64,000 nt of DNA, from the IMG/VR virus record IMGVR_UViG_2865671049_000004, positions 1-64,000 of that record; one strand, given 5' to 3'. The position numbers and the translations under genes were made by a program. The notes beneath the pieces were generated by a model that saw only the letters and a program-made list of their open reading frames with translations, searched no databases and was not told the DNA's origin. Origin of the DNA: a virus. Taxonomy: Duplodnaviria > Caudoviricetes. Shown one piece after another: positions 52,275-62,900 of the stretch. Position 1 is the first letter of the stretch. Every line of letters begins with the position of its first letter.

Positions 52275-53870
52275 TTGGAGGACGCGGTGACGGCAAGCGA
52301 CGACCTGTGGGTGGGCCTCGAAGCCCTTCGTAAGGCGAGGCCTGCCTACGTCCAGGCCGCCGCCTACTACGACGACGACGTGCCGGAGGTCTTCGCATCG
52401 GCCCGGTTCCGGCGGGCCCTGCAGCGGACCGGCATGGAGTTCGGGAAGCCCTTCATCGCGATGGTCGTCGACGCCGTCGTCTCCCGACTGAAGATCGCTG
52501 CTGTCACCAGCCCGCACAAGGACCAGGCCGAAGCCCTCAAGCAGGTGTGGAAGGCCAACAAGATGCGGCGCGAGTCCCTCCAAGTGCACCGATGGGTGTC
52601 GATCTACGGCGACGCCTACCTCATTGTCCTGCCCGTACTCGACGACGCCGGCAACATCACCGGCGTCGACATGTTCGGCAACGACCCTCTGACGGTCCGC
52701 ACCATCTACGACGCCGAGAACCCCCGCGAGGCGGCATTCACGATCAAGAGGTGGTGCGAACCCGTCGGCCTCGACCGGACCGTCCACCGAGCCGAGCTCT
52801 ACTACCCCGACGGCCGGGCGGAACGCTGGACAACGAAGGTCGACTCCGCCGGGACCGTCCCCGGGGACTGGAATCCGTGGCTGCCGGACCCGATCGTCGA
52901 GGCCGACGGAACCGTCATCGAGCCCGACGACGATGCCTGGATCATGCAGGCCGCACCCGGCTTGCCCGTCTTCCACTTCCGCAATGACCAGCCGTACGGC
53001 GTTCCGGAGCACCGCCGCGGCTACGGCTCGCAGAACAGCGTCAACAAGCTCGACAACACGCATATGGGGACGGTCGACTACCAGGGCTGGCCGCAGCGGT
53101 ACGCCCTCACGGACACCGCCACCACTGACACGGGCGACCTCGAACCCAGCGACTTCGACGACGACATGTTCCCGCCTGACCCGGACGCCGGCCCCACCGA
53201 CACCGGCGACGATTCGTCCCTGAAGGGCGGCCCCGGCGAGGTCATGCTCCTGCGCGGTTTCAAGCAGGTGGGTCAGTTCGATGCCGCAGACCCCAAGGTG
53301 TTCCTCGGTCCGATCGAGTTCAGCGTCCGCGCGATGGGTGTCCTCACCACCACCCCTCTTCACCTGTTCGACCCGTCTGGCGAACAGCCGTCCGGGCAGT
53401 CCCTGCGCGCGCAGGACGCCCCGTTCACGGAGAAGATCGAGGAGCGGCAGGAGGAGTACACCGACACCTGGGACGAGAGCTACTCCTTCGCGCTCACGCT
53501 CCTCGGCTTCGCCGAGCCGTCCGTCGACGTCCGCTGGCACGCCGCGCAGACCCTCGACGACAAGGAGTCCTGGGACACGGCGAAGGTCAAGTCCGACCTG
53601 GGTGTGCCCCTGCGGCAGATCCACCTGGAAGCCGGGTACGGCGAGGACCAGGTGCAATCGTGGCTGGAGTCCCAGACCGACGACCCAGGCGAACTGTCCC
53701 GCCACCTCGCGGACCTGGCGACACTGTCCGAGTCGCTGCAGCGCATCGGCACCGCGGTCACCCTCGGCGCCATCGATCAGGGGCAGGCGCAGGCCCTGAT
53801 CGAACCGATCCTCAAGGCGTTGACCGCGAAGTCGCCGCTGCCCATCGAGCCGGCCCCTGAGGGCCAGTGA
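52275..53870 (+). CDS. portal protein (SPP1 gp6-like)
   Basis: Follows terL; YGDAY, FHFRN..G.PEH, SG.SLR. Confidence 0.88.
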   Translation: MEDAVTASDDLWVGLEALRKARPAYVQAAAYYDDDVPEVFASARFRRALQRTGMEFGKPFIAMVVDAVVSRLKIAAVTSPHKDQAEALKQVWKANKMRRESLQVHRWVSIYGDAYLIVLPVLDDAGNITGVDMFGNDPLTVRTIYDAENPREAAFTIKRWCEPVGLDRTVHRAELYYPDGRAERWTTKVDSAGTVPGDWNPWLPDPIVEADGTVIEPDDDAWIMQAAPGLPVFHFRNDQPYGVPEHRRGYGSQNSVNKLDNTHMGTVDYQGWPQRYALTDTATTDTGDLEPSDFDDDMFPPDPDAGPTDTGDDSSLKGGPGEVMLLRGFKQVGQFDAADPKVFLGPIEFSVRAMGVLTTTPLHLFDPSGEQPSGQSLRAQDAPFTEKIEERQEEYTDTWDESYSFALTLLGFAEPSVDVRWHAAQTLDDKESWDTAKVKSDLGVPLRQIHLEAGYGEDQVQSWLESQTDDPGELSRHLADLATLSESLQRIGTAVTLGAIDQGQAQALIEPILKALTAKSPLPIEPAPEGQ

Positions 53871-54880
53871 GCACCGCCGTCGAGGACCTTGCGGCCCTGG
53901 TGCAGGAGCAACAGGGCGACGAGGTCGCGGACTTCGACCAGCAGGTGCAGGATGCCGCTGTTGGTGACGCGGACGAGCGCATGGGCGGGGTGCTCGCCGC
54001 TGCGGCAGCACTTTGGGCCTCGGCGTTCGGCAGTACCACCGCGGTCGGCGTGGGTGCCGATCTGGCGCGGCTGCTGCGGACCGTCGGTGAGCAGGTCGGG
54101 AAGGCGCTCGCGGGCCTCGGCGAGCGGGCTCGGCAGGCCGTTCTCGAAGCGCTGCCCAGGGCGCTCGCTCTCGGCGTCGACCATGCCCGCCAGTTCGCCG
54201 CCGCAGCTGGCCACCACATCCGAACCGGCACCAGCAACGCCGGCCGCGTGCCGGCCACCCTGTCGAAGGAAGCACGGCGGATCGTGACAGCCGTGGAGCA
54301 GCAACTCGCCCAGGCCGGCGCCCTGCTGTCCGCAGACCCCGATCGCTTCTCCGGCGTCGCGGCTGCCGTGCAGGTTGCCCGGGCCGCAGTCTCCAGGGTG
54401 CGGGCCGCCGTGTCGTGGCTGGTGCAGCGCACCATCACCGCGGGAACCGATGCGGAGGCGCAGCGCCTCGACGTGAGCCGGGTGTGGGTCGCCGAGCTGG
54501 ACGCGTGCGTGCGGTGCGCCGCCTACTCGGGGCAGGTCGCGAAGCCCGGTGAGGACTTCGAAGGCGGCCGGTCCTTCGACCCGCAGCAGCGCGACCCATC
54601 AGCAGCCCCGGTCGCGGGGCCTCCGTTGCACCCGCACTGCCGGTGCCGGACCGTCCCATGGTCACCGTCGTGGCACCGCCTCGGCCGGTCCCTGCCGAAG
54701 CATCTGGAGAAGCAGGCTGCGGTGTCCATTGCCGAGGGCCTCGCTCTGCCGTCCGAATCCGGAGCCGCCCGGATTCGGGCGGCCAGGACCCTCCTCGCGT
54801 CCGGGCGCCGCCTGCCGGCCCGGGCCGCGGCGAAGGCCCGGCGGGCCCTGCGCGAGGGCCGTTTCGACCGCACCCGCTGA
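53867..54880 (+). CDS. MuF-like minor capsid/head morphogenesis protein
   Basis: W.AELDAC.RC...PPLHPHCRCR. Confidence 0.8.
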   Translation: MSTAVEDLAALVQEQQGDEVADFDQQVQDAAVGDADERMGGVLAAAAALWASAFGSTTAVGVGADLARLLRTVGEQVGKALAGLGERARQAVLEALPRALALGVDHARQFAAAAGHHIRTGTSNAGRVPATLSKEARRIVTAVEQQLAQAGALLSADPDRFSGVAAAVQVARAAVSRVRAAVSWLVQRTITAGTDAEAQRLDVSRVWVAELDACVRCAAYSGQVAKPGEDFEGGRSFDPQQRDPSAAPVAGPPLHPHCRCRTVPWSPSWHRLGRSLPKHLEKQAAVSIAEGLALPSESGAARIRAARTLLASGRRLPARAAAKARRALREGRFDRTR

Positions 54881-54953
54881 TCACAGTCCTGCCAGAAGGC
54901 GGCGTTACGGTCGCCGCCAGTAGCCGACGAGCCCCCGCGATGGGAGACACCCC

Positions 54954-55559
54954 GTGGAAACCGACACCAACGACGTCGAGATGGACGAGACCGTCGAGGA
55001 CGACGACCTCGAAGCGGACATCGAGGAGAGCGACGACGTCGAGGAGCAGAGCGAAGCCAAGCCCGCGCCGAAGAAGGAACCGGCGAAGGAGGACCCGGAG
55101 CTCGCCCGGCTCCGTGCCGCCCTCAAGAAGAGCAACGAGGACGCGAAGCGGCACCGACTCGCCCTGAAGGAACGCGAGGAGAAGGACCGGGCGTCCGAGG
55201 GCGACCACGAGCGGGCGATCCGGGAGGCCCGCGAGGAAGCCGAGACCCGTTGGAAGCCCCGCATCGTCAACCAGGCCGCCCGGGCCGCGCTCGCCGAGGC
55301 CGGCGTTGCCGGCGGGCCGGATCGTGTCCTGCGGCTGCTGGACCTCGACGCCCTGTCCGTCGACGACGACGGCGACGTGGTCGGGCTCGTCACCGAGGTC
55401 GACCGCCTGCGGGCCGACTACCCGGAGTTCTTCACGAAGACAGAGGCGGAACGCCCCCGCCCGAAGGCCAGGCCGACCGGAGCACCGAAGCCCCCCGCGC
55501 CGGCCAAGCCGAAGAGCAGTTGGGAGCAGCACGCCGAGCGGGTGTTGAACGGCAACTGA
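54954..55559 (+). CDS. capsid scaffold protein
   Basis: Acidic N-terminus, coiled coil; upstream of major capsid. Confidence 0.8.
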   Translation: METDTNDVEMDETVEDDDLEADIEESDDVEEQSEAKPAPKKEPAKEDPELARLRAALKKSNEDAKRHRLALKEREEKDRASEGDHERAIREAREEAETRWKPRIVNQAARAALAEAGVAGGPDRVLRLLDLDALSVDDDGDVVGLVTEVDRLRADYPEFFTKTEAERPRPKARPTGAPKPPAPAKPKSSWEQHAERVLNGN

Positions 55560-55677
55560 GCATCCGCCATACCGTTTGATCACGCCACCCGGTGATCGGG
55601 AGGCCACCTGTTCGAGGCGCCCGTGATGGGGCCCGAGCCCACCAGCTCCGCCCCATCACCCGCCCCAGGAGGGCCCC

Positions 55678-56583
55678 GTGGCACGCAACACGTTCGAAGC
55701 TTGGATCCCGGAAGAGTACGACTCCAAGGTCATCACCCGCATCACCCAGACGTCCGCGGTCGAGGCCCTCGCCTCCCGCGTCCCCATGGGCTCCGACACC
55801 CGCCACACGCCGCGCTCAGCTGGCATGGGCGTCGACGTCATCGACAAGGGGTCCGCCTACGGCGAGGACACCAGCCTCAACGACGAGGTCATCCTCTACG
55901 CCAAGAAGTTCGGCAAGGTCCTGCGCGTCGCCGAGGAGGACATCGACGACTCCCTGGCCAACATCCTCGCCACCAAGATGCAGGACTGGGCGATCTCCTA
56001 CGCCAAGATCCTCGACAACGCGTGCCTCGCCGTCACCGCCGGTGTCGGCACCGGCGTGCCGTTCACATCGCTGTACAGCCTCCTGCACACCACCGACGCG
56101 ACGCTCAGCTACACCGCCGACGACAACATCGTCACCGCGGCATCCGGCGGGGCGACCTACACGGACTACTCGAACGCCATCGGCAAGGTCGAGGCCGGCG
56201 ACTACTACGACCCGAGCACGCTCCTCGCCATCGCGCACCCGACGTTCAAGAAGTCCCTGCGGGGGATCGTCGACAGTCAGAGCAGGCCGATCTTCATCGA
56301 GGGTCTCGCGGGCACCCCGGACAGCATCTTCGGTGTGCAGATCCGCTGGTCGCTGGGCGCACGCACCTCCGCCACCGCGACCAGCGCCCCCACCGGCCGG
56401 CCCCTGATGGCGTTCGTGTCCACGGACATGATGCTCCTCGGCATCCGCTCCGGCCCGGAGTCCGTGTTCATCGACGGACGCGACGGCACGAGCGCCTTGA
56501 CCGACGAGTCGCTGCTGAAGATGCGCGCCCGGCGCGGCTGGGCGTACGGCCACCCGGCCGGCGCCTCGATCCTCGTCGGCTAA
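55678..56583 (+). CDS. major capsid protein (HK97 fold)
   Basis: WIPEE, V.EG..Y, KKFG, G.P..FG..RRGW. Confidence 0.9.
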   Translation: MARNTFEAWIPEEYDSKVITRITQTSAVEALASRVPMGSDTRHTPRSAGMGVDVIDKGSAYGEDTSLNDEVILYAKKFGKVLRVAEEDIDDSLANILATKMQDWAISYAKILDNACLAVTAGVGTGVPFTSLYSLLHTTDATLSYTADDNIVTAASGGATYTDYSNAIGKVEAGDYYDPSTLLAIAHPTFKKSLRGIVDSQSRPIFIEGLAGTPDSIFGVQIRWSLGARTSATATSAPTGRPLMAFVSTDMMLLGIRSGPESVFIDGRDGTSALTDESLLKMRARRGWAYGHPAGASILVG

Positions 56584-56648
56584 TCAGCTCCCCGCGCCGC
56601 CGAGGCTCGCGGCGGCGCGGGGCCACCACCCGGGGAAGGAGGGGCTTC

Positions 56649-57092
56649 GTGGTCGACGCATGGACCGACACCGCGACGACGCTGGCAATCACCGGCGTCG
56701 AGACGACCGATCAGCAGCTCCTCCAGGCGCAGGCCGACATCGAGATCTTCGCCGGCCGTATCTGGACCGACACGGCGCGGATCCGAACCAGGGACCTGTA
56801 CTGGCTCGGCAGGGCGGTGGCGTTCCAGGCGGTGTGGGCGCAGGGCCAGCCGGGCCGTGAGACCCGGATGGATCTGACGTCGTCCACACAGGACGGGGTC
56901 TCGGCGAACCTCACCGGGGACGCAGTGGTGCTGGCGCCGATGGCAGCTCGGGCCGTCAACCGGCTGTCGTGGCGCAGGTCCCGCACGGTTCACGTCCGCA
57001 GCCCGTTCATCGACGGCAGCAGCTACGGCAACCCCCTGCACGAGGCGAACGACGATCTTCGGCCGTGGACTCCGATGGGCCCCGGATGCTGA
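56649..57092 (+). CDS. head-to-tail adaptor
   Basis: Position; LAP.AARA..RLSW.RSR. Confidence 0.7.
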   Translation: MVDAWTDTATTLAITGVETTDQQLLQAQADIEIFAGRIWTDTARIRTRDLYWLGRAVAFQAVWAQGQPGRETRMDLTSSTQDGVSANLTGDAVVLAPMAARAVNRLSWRRSRTVHVRSPFIDGSSYGNPLHEANDDLRPWTPMGPGC

Positions 57093-57424
57093 TCGCGACG
57101 ACGTGGGTGACGGTGCTGCGAGGTGTCGCTACTGATCTATATGGAGATATTTCAGATTCCCCCACCGAGGCCGGTACGGACGCCCAAACGCACATCCCCG
57201 CCTCCCTGATCGAGGGCTCCCGCAGCAGCCGCACACCCGGCAGCGGCACCCCCCGCGTCGTCCGCTACACGGTCTGTCGGCTCCCCGCCGGCACGCAGGT
57301 CACCGAGGACGACCGGATCCGCGACGAGCGGACCGGCCGGATCTACTCCATCAGCGCCGTCACCCAGCCCGCGGCCGTCGGGATCACACCCGAGCTGCGA
57401 CTGGACCTCACGCTCGTCAACTGA
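57086..57424 (+). CDS. head-closure/stopper protein
   Basis: Position; DRIRDE.TG..Y.I. Confidence 0.7.
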   Translation: MLIATTWVTVLRGVATDLYGDISDSPTEAGTDAQTHIPASLIEGSRSSRTPGSGTPRVVRYTVCRLPAGTQVTEDDRIRDERTGRIYSISAVTQPAAVGITPELRLDLTLVN

Positions 57425-57494
57425 ACAGCACACGGCCACACGCCTGGGGAGACCGGGCGGCCACCACCCACCACGATCCGGAGAGGACGCGGCG

Positions 57495-57854
57495 ATGACG
57501 ATCAGGCTTGACCCGAGCGCGGACGCGCACCTCGACGCCGCGCTGCACCGGGTCATGGAGCACCTCGGTCAGGACATCGCCGCCGACGCGCAGGCCACGG
57601 TCCGCGTCAACACCGGCCGCCTGAAGGCGAGCATCGTCGCGGAGGTGGAGGGGGTGACCCTGCGGGTGTCCACGGACGTCCCCTACTGGCGGTACGTGGA
57701 GTACGGGACCGCCCCACACGTCATCCGGCCGACCACGAAGAAGGCCCTGTACTGGGAGGGCGCAGCGCACCCGGTGGCGATGGTCAACCACCCCGGAACT
57801 CCGGCGTTCCCGTTCCTGCGGCCCGCGCTGCTCAAGCCTCGGGAGCTGCGATGA
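57495..57854 (+). CDS. HK97 gp10-like neck protein
   Basis: V.TG.L..SI, YVEYGT.PH, HPGT...PFLRPAL. Confidence 0.85.
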   Translation: MTIRLDPSADAHLDAALHRVMEHLGQDIAADAQATVRVNTGRLKASIVAEVEGVTLRVSTDVPYWRYVEYGTAPHVIRPTTKKALYWEGAAHPVAMVNHPGTPAFPFLRPALLKPRELR

Positions 57855-58297
57855 GCACCCTGCTGCGGGCGAGCACCGAGCTCGTCGCGACCGCGTGGCT
57901 GCGCGGGATCGTCGGCGACATCGTGTCGACGACCCTGCCCCGCGACAACAGCAGCTGGGCGGCGTCGGGGTTCGTGGTCGTCGCCACGGTCGGCGGAACC
58001 GCCGGCTTGTACGTGCCGCTGCGGTCTCCCGTCGTCTCCGTGGACTGCTGGGCCGTCGCGTCGAGCAGCAACCGGCCGCCGTGGAACAAGGCCGCGTTCC
58101 TGGCGGAGCGGATCCAGGCCGCCTGCTACGACATCGACGCCACACCGCGCCTGCTGACCCTGCCGGCCAACTACCCGCAGGCCCGGGTCCTGACGGCGTA
58201 CACCACGTACGAACCGCGGCGTGTCCCCGACGACGAAGCCTCCTACGCCCGCCTCAACTTCGGTCTCACCCTCAACTGGGTGGAGGTGGCGACATGA
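57851..58297 (+). CDS. tail terminator protein
   Basis: Position before major tail; VDCWA. Confidence 0.7.
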   Translation: MSTLLRASTELVATAWLRGIVGDIVSTTLPRDNSSWAASGFVVVATVGGTAGLYVPLRSPVVSVDCWAVASSSNRPPWNKAAFLAERIQAACYDIDATPRLLTLPANYPQARVLTAYTTYEPRRVPDDEASYARLNFGLTLNWVEVAT

Positions 58298-58515
58298 GCC
58301 GCTGGGCGCTGCAGGGCGAGACAAGCAGGGACCTCCTCACGTGGAACGGCCTCGTCCTCGTCCATGACAACCGCGGGGAGCTGGAGTTCCTCATCGCCGG
58401 CGCCCGCGTCATCCCCTGCCCTCGCAGCATCCCGCCCGAGCAGACCCTCGCCCTGCCCTTCCACCCGCAGTTCGCCCACCACCGCTTCCCGATCCGCCGG
58501 GAGGACTACCGATGA
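58294..58515 (+). CDS. small hypothetical protein
   Basis: ATGA overlap. Confidence 0.6.
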   Translation: MSRWALQGETSRDLLTWNGLVLVHDNRGELEFLIAGARVIPCPRSIPPEQTLALPFHPQFAHHRFPIRREDYR

Positions 58516-58600
58516 CCGCCACCAGCTTCGAGGACCCCTCCGCCTCGACGAACGCCCCCACCACGCAGACTGCCGCACCAGCGGCTGAGGAGGACTGACC

Positions 58601-59161
58601 ATGTCCGTCACGACCAGCAACCTGCTGCTCGGCCCCGCGACCCTGTACCAGGGCGCGTTCGGGGCGACCGAGCCGGCCGAGACCGCCGTCAACAGCACGC
58701 CGCAGGCGTCCGCGTTCACGGACATGGGCGGCACCATGGACGGCGTCACCCTGGCCATCGACCAGACGTACACGGCGCTGGAGGTCGACCAGATCGTCGA
58801 CCGGGCGGGCAGCCGCCTCACCAAGCGCGACATGTCCGTGGCGACCAGCCTGGCGGAGGCGACGCTGGAGAACCTCGCGGTGTCGATGAACTCCGGCACC
58901 ACGGCGTCCGGCGCCGGCTACAAGTCCCTGGAGCCGAACTTCGCGAGCTCCGCGACGCAGCCGAGCTACACGGCGCTGCTGTTCGACGGCTGGGGCGCGA
59001 ACAGCTTCCGGCGGCGGGTCATCGTGCGGAAGGTCCTCTCGACCGACTCGGTGGAGATGGCCTACACGAAGGACAAGCAGACCGTGTTCAAGGTCAAGTT
59101 CTCGGCGCACTACGTCAGCGCGGCCATCGCACCGTTCCACATCACCGAAGCCACCGCGTAA
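58601..59161 (+). CDS. major tail tube protein
   Basis: LG.A.LY.G..G.T.DG..EVDQ..LAEATLENL. Confidence 0.85.
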   Translation: MSVTTSNLLLGPATLYQGAFGATEPAETAVNSTPQASAFTDMGGTMDGVTLAIDQTYTALEVDQIVDRAGSRLTKRDMSVATSLAEATLENLAVSMNSGTTASGAGYKSLEPNFASSATQPSYTALLFDGWGANSFRRRVIVRKVLSTDSVEMAYTKDKQTVFKVKFSAHYVSAAIAPFHITEATA

Positions 59162-59237
59162 CCCCCGACCGCCCGGCGGCGGCCCGTCCACCGCCGCCGG
59201 GCACGCACCCTCCACCCACCTCCGCAGGAGACCCACC

Positions 59238-59615
59238 GTGCCGACGAAGACCGCCAAGCCGAAGAAGACCACCGCCGCGCCGCCGCCGGAGCTCGCGGCC
59301 CCGGCCGAGTTCCAGCCCGTCCGCATCGCCAAGAGCACCACCACCGGCGACCCCGGCATCCCCATCTTCTACATCGGCGACGACGAGTACCGGATCCCCA
59401 CCAAGGTCCCCCGCTCCGCCGTCCTGGAGTTCCTGCGCCTGTCCCGCACCGACGGCGAGATGAGCGCGGCACAGCGCCTCCTGGAGCGCCTCCTCGGTCC
59501 CGCCGCCTACCTCGCGCTGGAGCAGTCCGACGACGTCGACGACGAGGCCCTCGACACGATCCTGCGGGCGGTCATCCACCACATGGCCGGGGAGACGGAG
59601 TCGGGAAAAGCCTGA
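59238..59615 (+). CDS. tail assembly chaperone G
   Basis: Between major tail and TMP; ends in a slippery site. Confidence 0.85.
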   Translation: MPTKTAKPKKTTAAPPPELAAPAEFQPVRIAKSTTTGDPGIPIFYIGDDEYRIPTKVPRSAVLEFLRLSRTDGEMSAAQRLLERLLGPAAYLALEQSDDVDDEALDTILRAVIHHMAGETESGKA

Positions 59616-59998
59616 TCTGGGACCGGTCATTCGCCGAGATCGTCAAGCTCCTCGGCGGGTGGGCGTCCCCGGCCGGGGAGAGGTACGCGCAGCTCGGCTG
59701 GATCCTCGACCACCAGGCCGACCTGCACGCCGACTTCCGCCGGTTCTACGGCATCGACCTGGACGACGAGGACGCGATCGACGGCCGCCGGTACATCGAG
59801 TACGCGCTCAGGGTCCCGGCGTACGGCGGGGTGATGGCGGCCCGCGTCGACGCGCAGCGGGACCCGGACAGCCGGCACGCAGCACCTGCACAGCAGCAGG
59901 CGCAAGGCCAGCAGGACATGGAGTTGGCGCAGTTCCAACTCGCCCACCCAGGGCTGGTCACCATCAGCCGAGTCATAGAGCAGGAGGAGGTGGAGTAG
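59603..59998 (+). CDS. -1 frameshift extension (chaperone GT)
   Basis: G GGA AAA at 59603-59609; -1 frame open to TAG 59996 (DLHADFRRFYGID). Confidence 0.85.
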   Translation, partial: GKSLIWDRSFAEIVKLLGGWASPAGERYAQLGWILDHQADLHADFRRFYGIDLDDEDAIDGRRYIEYALRVPAYGGVMAARVDAQRDPDSRHAAPAQQQAQGQQDMELAQFQLAHPGLVTISRVIEQEEVE

Positions 59999-62900
59999 AT
60001 GAGCTTCAGGGTCGCCGAGGGATTCGTCGAAGTGACGATGGACCGCTCGAAGTACGACGCGGACCTCCAGCGGCTCAAGAGCCAGAAGCTCGACCTGCGG
60101 GTCCTCGCGAAGCTCGACGACACCGCGGCCCGCACCCAGCTCGCCTCCCTCACCAAGCCGATCACCCTCAAGGTGCAGGCCTCTCTCGACGACGCCGCGG
60201 TCCGCGCCCGCATCGAGCAGCTCAGCGAGACCCTCACGATCCGGCTCGACGACTCCGCCGCCCGGGCCAGCCTCGACGCCCTCACCCGCGACCGCGTCGT
60301 GCCCGTCGTCGCGGTCGTCTCCACCGCGCAGGCCAGCGCCGACCTGCAGCAGCTCACCGCGCCCCTTCAGGTCGCCGTCGTCCCCGCCCTGCACGTGCCG
60401 TCCACGCAGGAGATGTCGGACTACCTGTCGCACCTGCAGCCGCTGTTTGCCGCGGCGGCATCCTCGGCGGCGTCGGGGGCGACCATCGCCGGCGGTGACA
60501 TCGGTCCGCGGCTCACCAACTTCGTGGCGTCCGCGTCGGCGCCGATCGAGATCCCCATCACCGCGAAGATCTCGTTCCTGGCGCAGTTCCGCGTCAACCG
60601 GTGGCGCCGCCAGATCAGCGACAGCATCAGCGTCTCCGTCGTGCCGCGGCTCGATGCCACCGCGGCAAGCGTGGTGCGCTCCGAGCTGCAGGCCTTCGAG
60701 CCGCCGATCGACGTCCCGGTCCGACCCGAATGGGACAGCGCTGCGGCGGCGATCGTCGAGGCGCACCTGCACGCCCTTCAGGATCCGCTGCAGATCCCGG
60801 TGGAGCCGGACTGGGACTCCGCTGCGATGCCGGTGCTTGCCGCGCACCTGGAGCAGCTCCGCGAGACGATCAACGTCACGGTGACGCCCGAGTTCGACGA
60901 GGCCGCCCGGCACCTCGTCGCCGCGCACCTGGATGCTTTCCGGATCCCCGTCGACGTGCCCATCAGGCCGACGTACGACGACGCAGCGGGCGCGACGGTG
61001 TGGCAGCGCCTCCACCGGCTCGCCAACCCCATGGCCGCGGTCGTCCAGACCGAGCTCGCCAGCGTGCCGTTCATGCTCGCCGGCACCTTGCTGGACCGCT
61101 TGGCTCGGCGCCGCACCGCCGAGGTCGACGTCCGCGTCGAGCAGACCCAGCTTCCGGCGCTCACCCACTCCCTCGACCAGGTCGGCGCGAAGGCCCGGGC
61201 CGGAACAGCCGGCTTGAGCGTGTTCGCCGGCGCGAGCCGCCTGCTGATGGCGAGCGCCGCGGGGGCGATCCCCACCCTGGCCTCGCTCGGCCAGGCGATC
61301 ATCTCCATGGGGCCGGCCGCAGCCGTCGCGGCCCCCGCCATCGGCTCCCTCATCTCCATCTTCGGAGCCCTCAAGATCGGCCTCAGCGGGATCAGCGGCG
61401 CCTTCAAGCAGGCCTTCGCCCCCGCCGCCGGCGGAGCAGGAGGCGCTGCCGGCGCCACCCACGCCCTCGCCGACGCCCAGCAGCAGCTGAAGACGGCGAT
61501 CCGCGACGCCGGCGACGCCAACCGGCACGCCATCCAGCAGGTCGCCGCCGCCGAACGGGACCTCACCACCGCACAGCGACAGGAACGCCAGGCACAGCTC
61601 GACCTCATCGCCGCCCGCAAGGACGCCGCGCAGCAACTGGAGGACTACAAGCAGAAGCTCGTCGACAGCGAGCTCGACCACCGTCAGGCCGTCCTCGACG
61701 TCCAGCAGGCGAAGGAGGATCTCGACAAGACCCTCGCGGACCCAAAGGCGACGGAGCTGCAGAAGCAGCAGGCGCAGCTCGCGTCCGACCAGGCCGTGCA
61801 GCACCTGAAGGAGCAGGAGACCGCGCAGGCCCGCCTCAAGGAGGAGGCCGCGGCCGCCGCGGCCGCGGGCGTGGACGGCAACCAGCGGGTCGCGCAGGCG
61901 ACGCAGGATGTTGCCGACGCACAGCAGGACGTCACCGACAAGACGCTGGCCCTGTCCGAGGCACGGATCTCCGCCGACCGCACCGCGGAGGATGCGGCGC
62001 TGCGGATCGCTCAGGCGCAGCAAGGCATCGCCGACGCCATGCAGTCGGCGGGCGGCGGGGCTGCCGGGATGGCCAATGCGATGGCGAAGCTGGCGCCGTC
62101 GGCGCGGGAGTTCGTTGACGCTGTCGTCGCGCTGAAGCCGGCGTGGGACGCGCTCAAGATGGACGTGCAGCAGCAGTTGTTCGAGGGTGTCGGCGCGAAG
62201 CTCACGTCGGTCGCCAAGCAGGTGCTCCCCGACCTGCGGGCCGGTCTGGTGGGCACGGCCGGAGTACTGAACCAGATGGGGCTGCAGGCCCTGGATGCCG
62301 TCGACAAGCTCAGCAAGACGGGCACGCTGAAGCAGGCGTTCGCCGGGATCAACGAGGGCTTGAAGCCCTTGCAGTCCGTCCCCGCCAACCTGCTGACGAT
62401 GTTCGGGCAGTTGACCGCCGCAGCGGGACCGGCGTTCCTGAAGGTCACGTCGGCAATCGGCGAGACGATCGGCTCCTTCACGAAGCGGCTGGGCGATGCG
62501 TTCGCGAGCGGCCGGCTGACGGAAGCCATCGATGCGGCGATGGGGCTCGTCAAGCAGTTCGGGAAGATGCTCGGCGATGTGGCCGGAACGCTCGGCAACA
62601 TCCTCAAGGCGGTGGCTGGTGCGGGCGGTGACGCGCTCGGTGTCCTTGGCGAGGTCTTCTCGGAGCTGCGGCGGATCACGGCGATGCCGGAGGTTCAGGG
62701 CGCGCTGACCAGCCTGTTCAAGACTTTGAACCTGCTGGCCGCCACGGTGGCGCCGCTGTTCGGTCAGGCTCTGATGGCGCTCGGGCCGGTGATCCAGGCG
62801 CTGGCGCCGCCAGTTCAGGCGCTGATCACGGCGCTGGGCTCCGCCCTGTCACCGATCATCGGGGCGCTCGGGCCGATCCTGGTGACGGCGGCACAGGCCA

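Noticed and set aside
59627-62023. Long antisense or alternate-frame ORFs (e.g. 59627-62023, 52254-54275, 43693-45288, 41155-43041, 13377-15053, 1560-3341)
   Set aside because: Shadow ORFs typical of high-GC DNA, opposite well-supported genes, with no motifs or RBS.
62276-62287. Self-target of unit 1 in the TMP gene (atggggctgcag)
   Set aside because: Only spacer A (plus 3 nt) matches and spacer B does not; compatible with chance in GC-rich DNA given several orientations tried.
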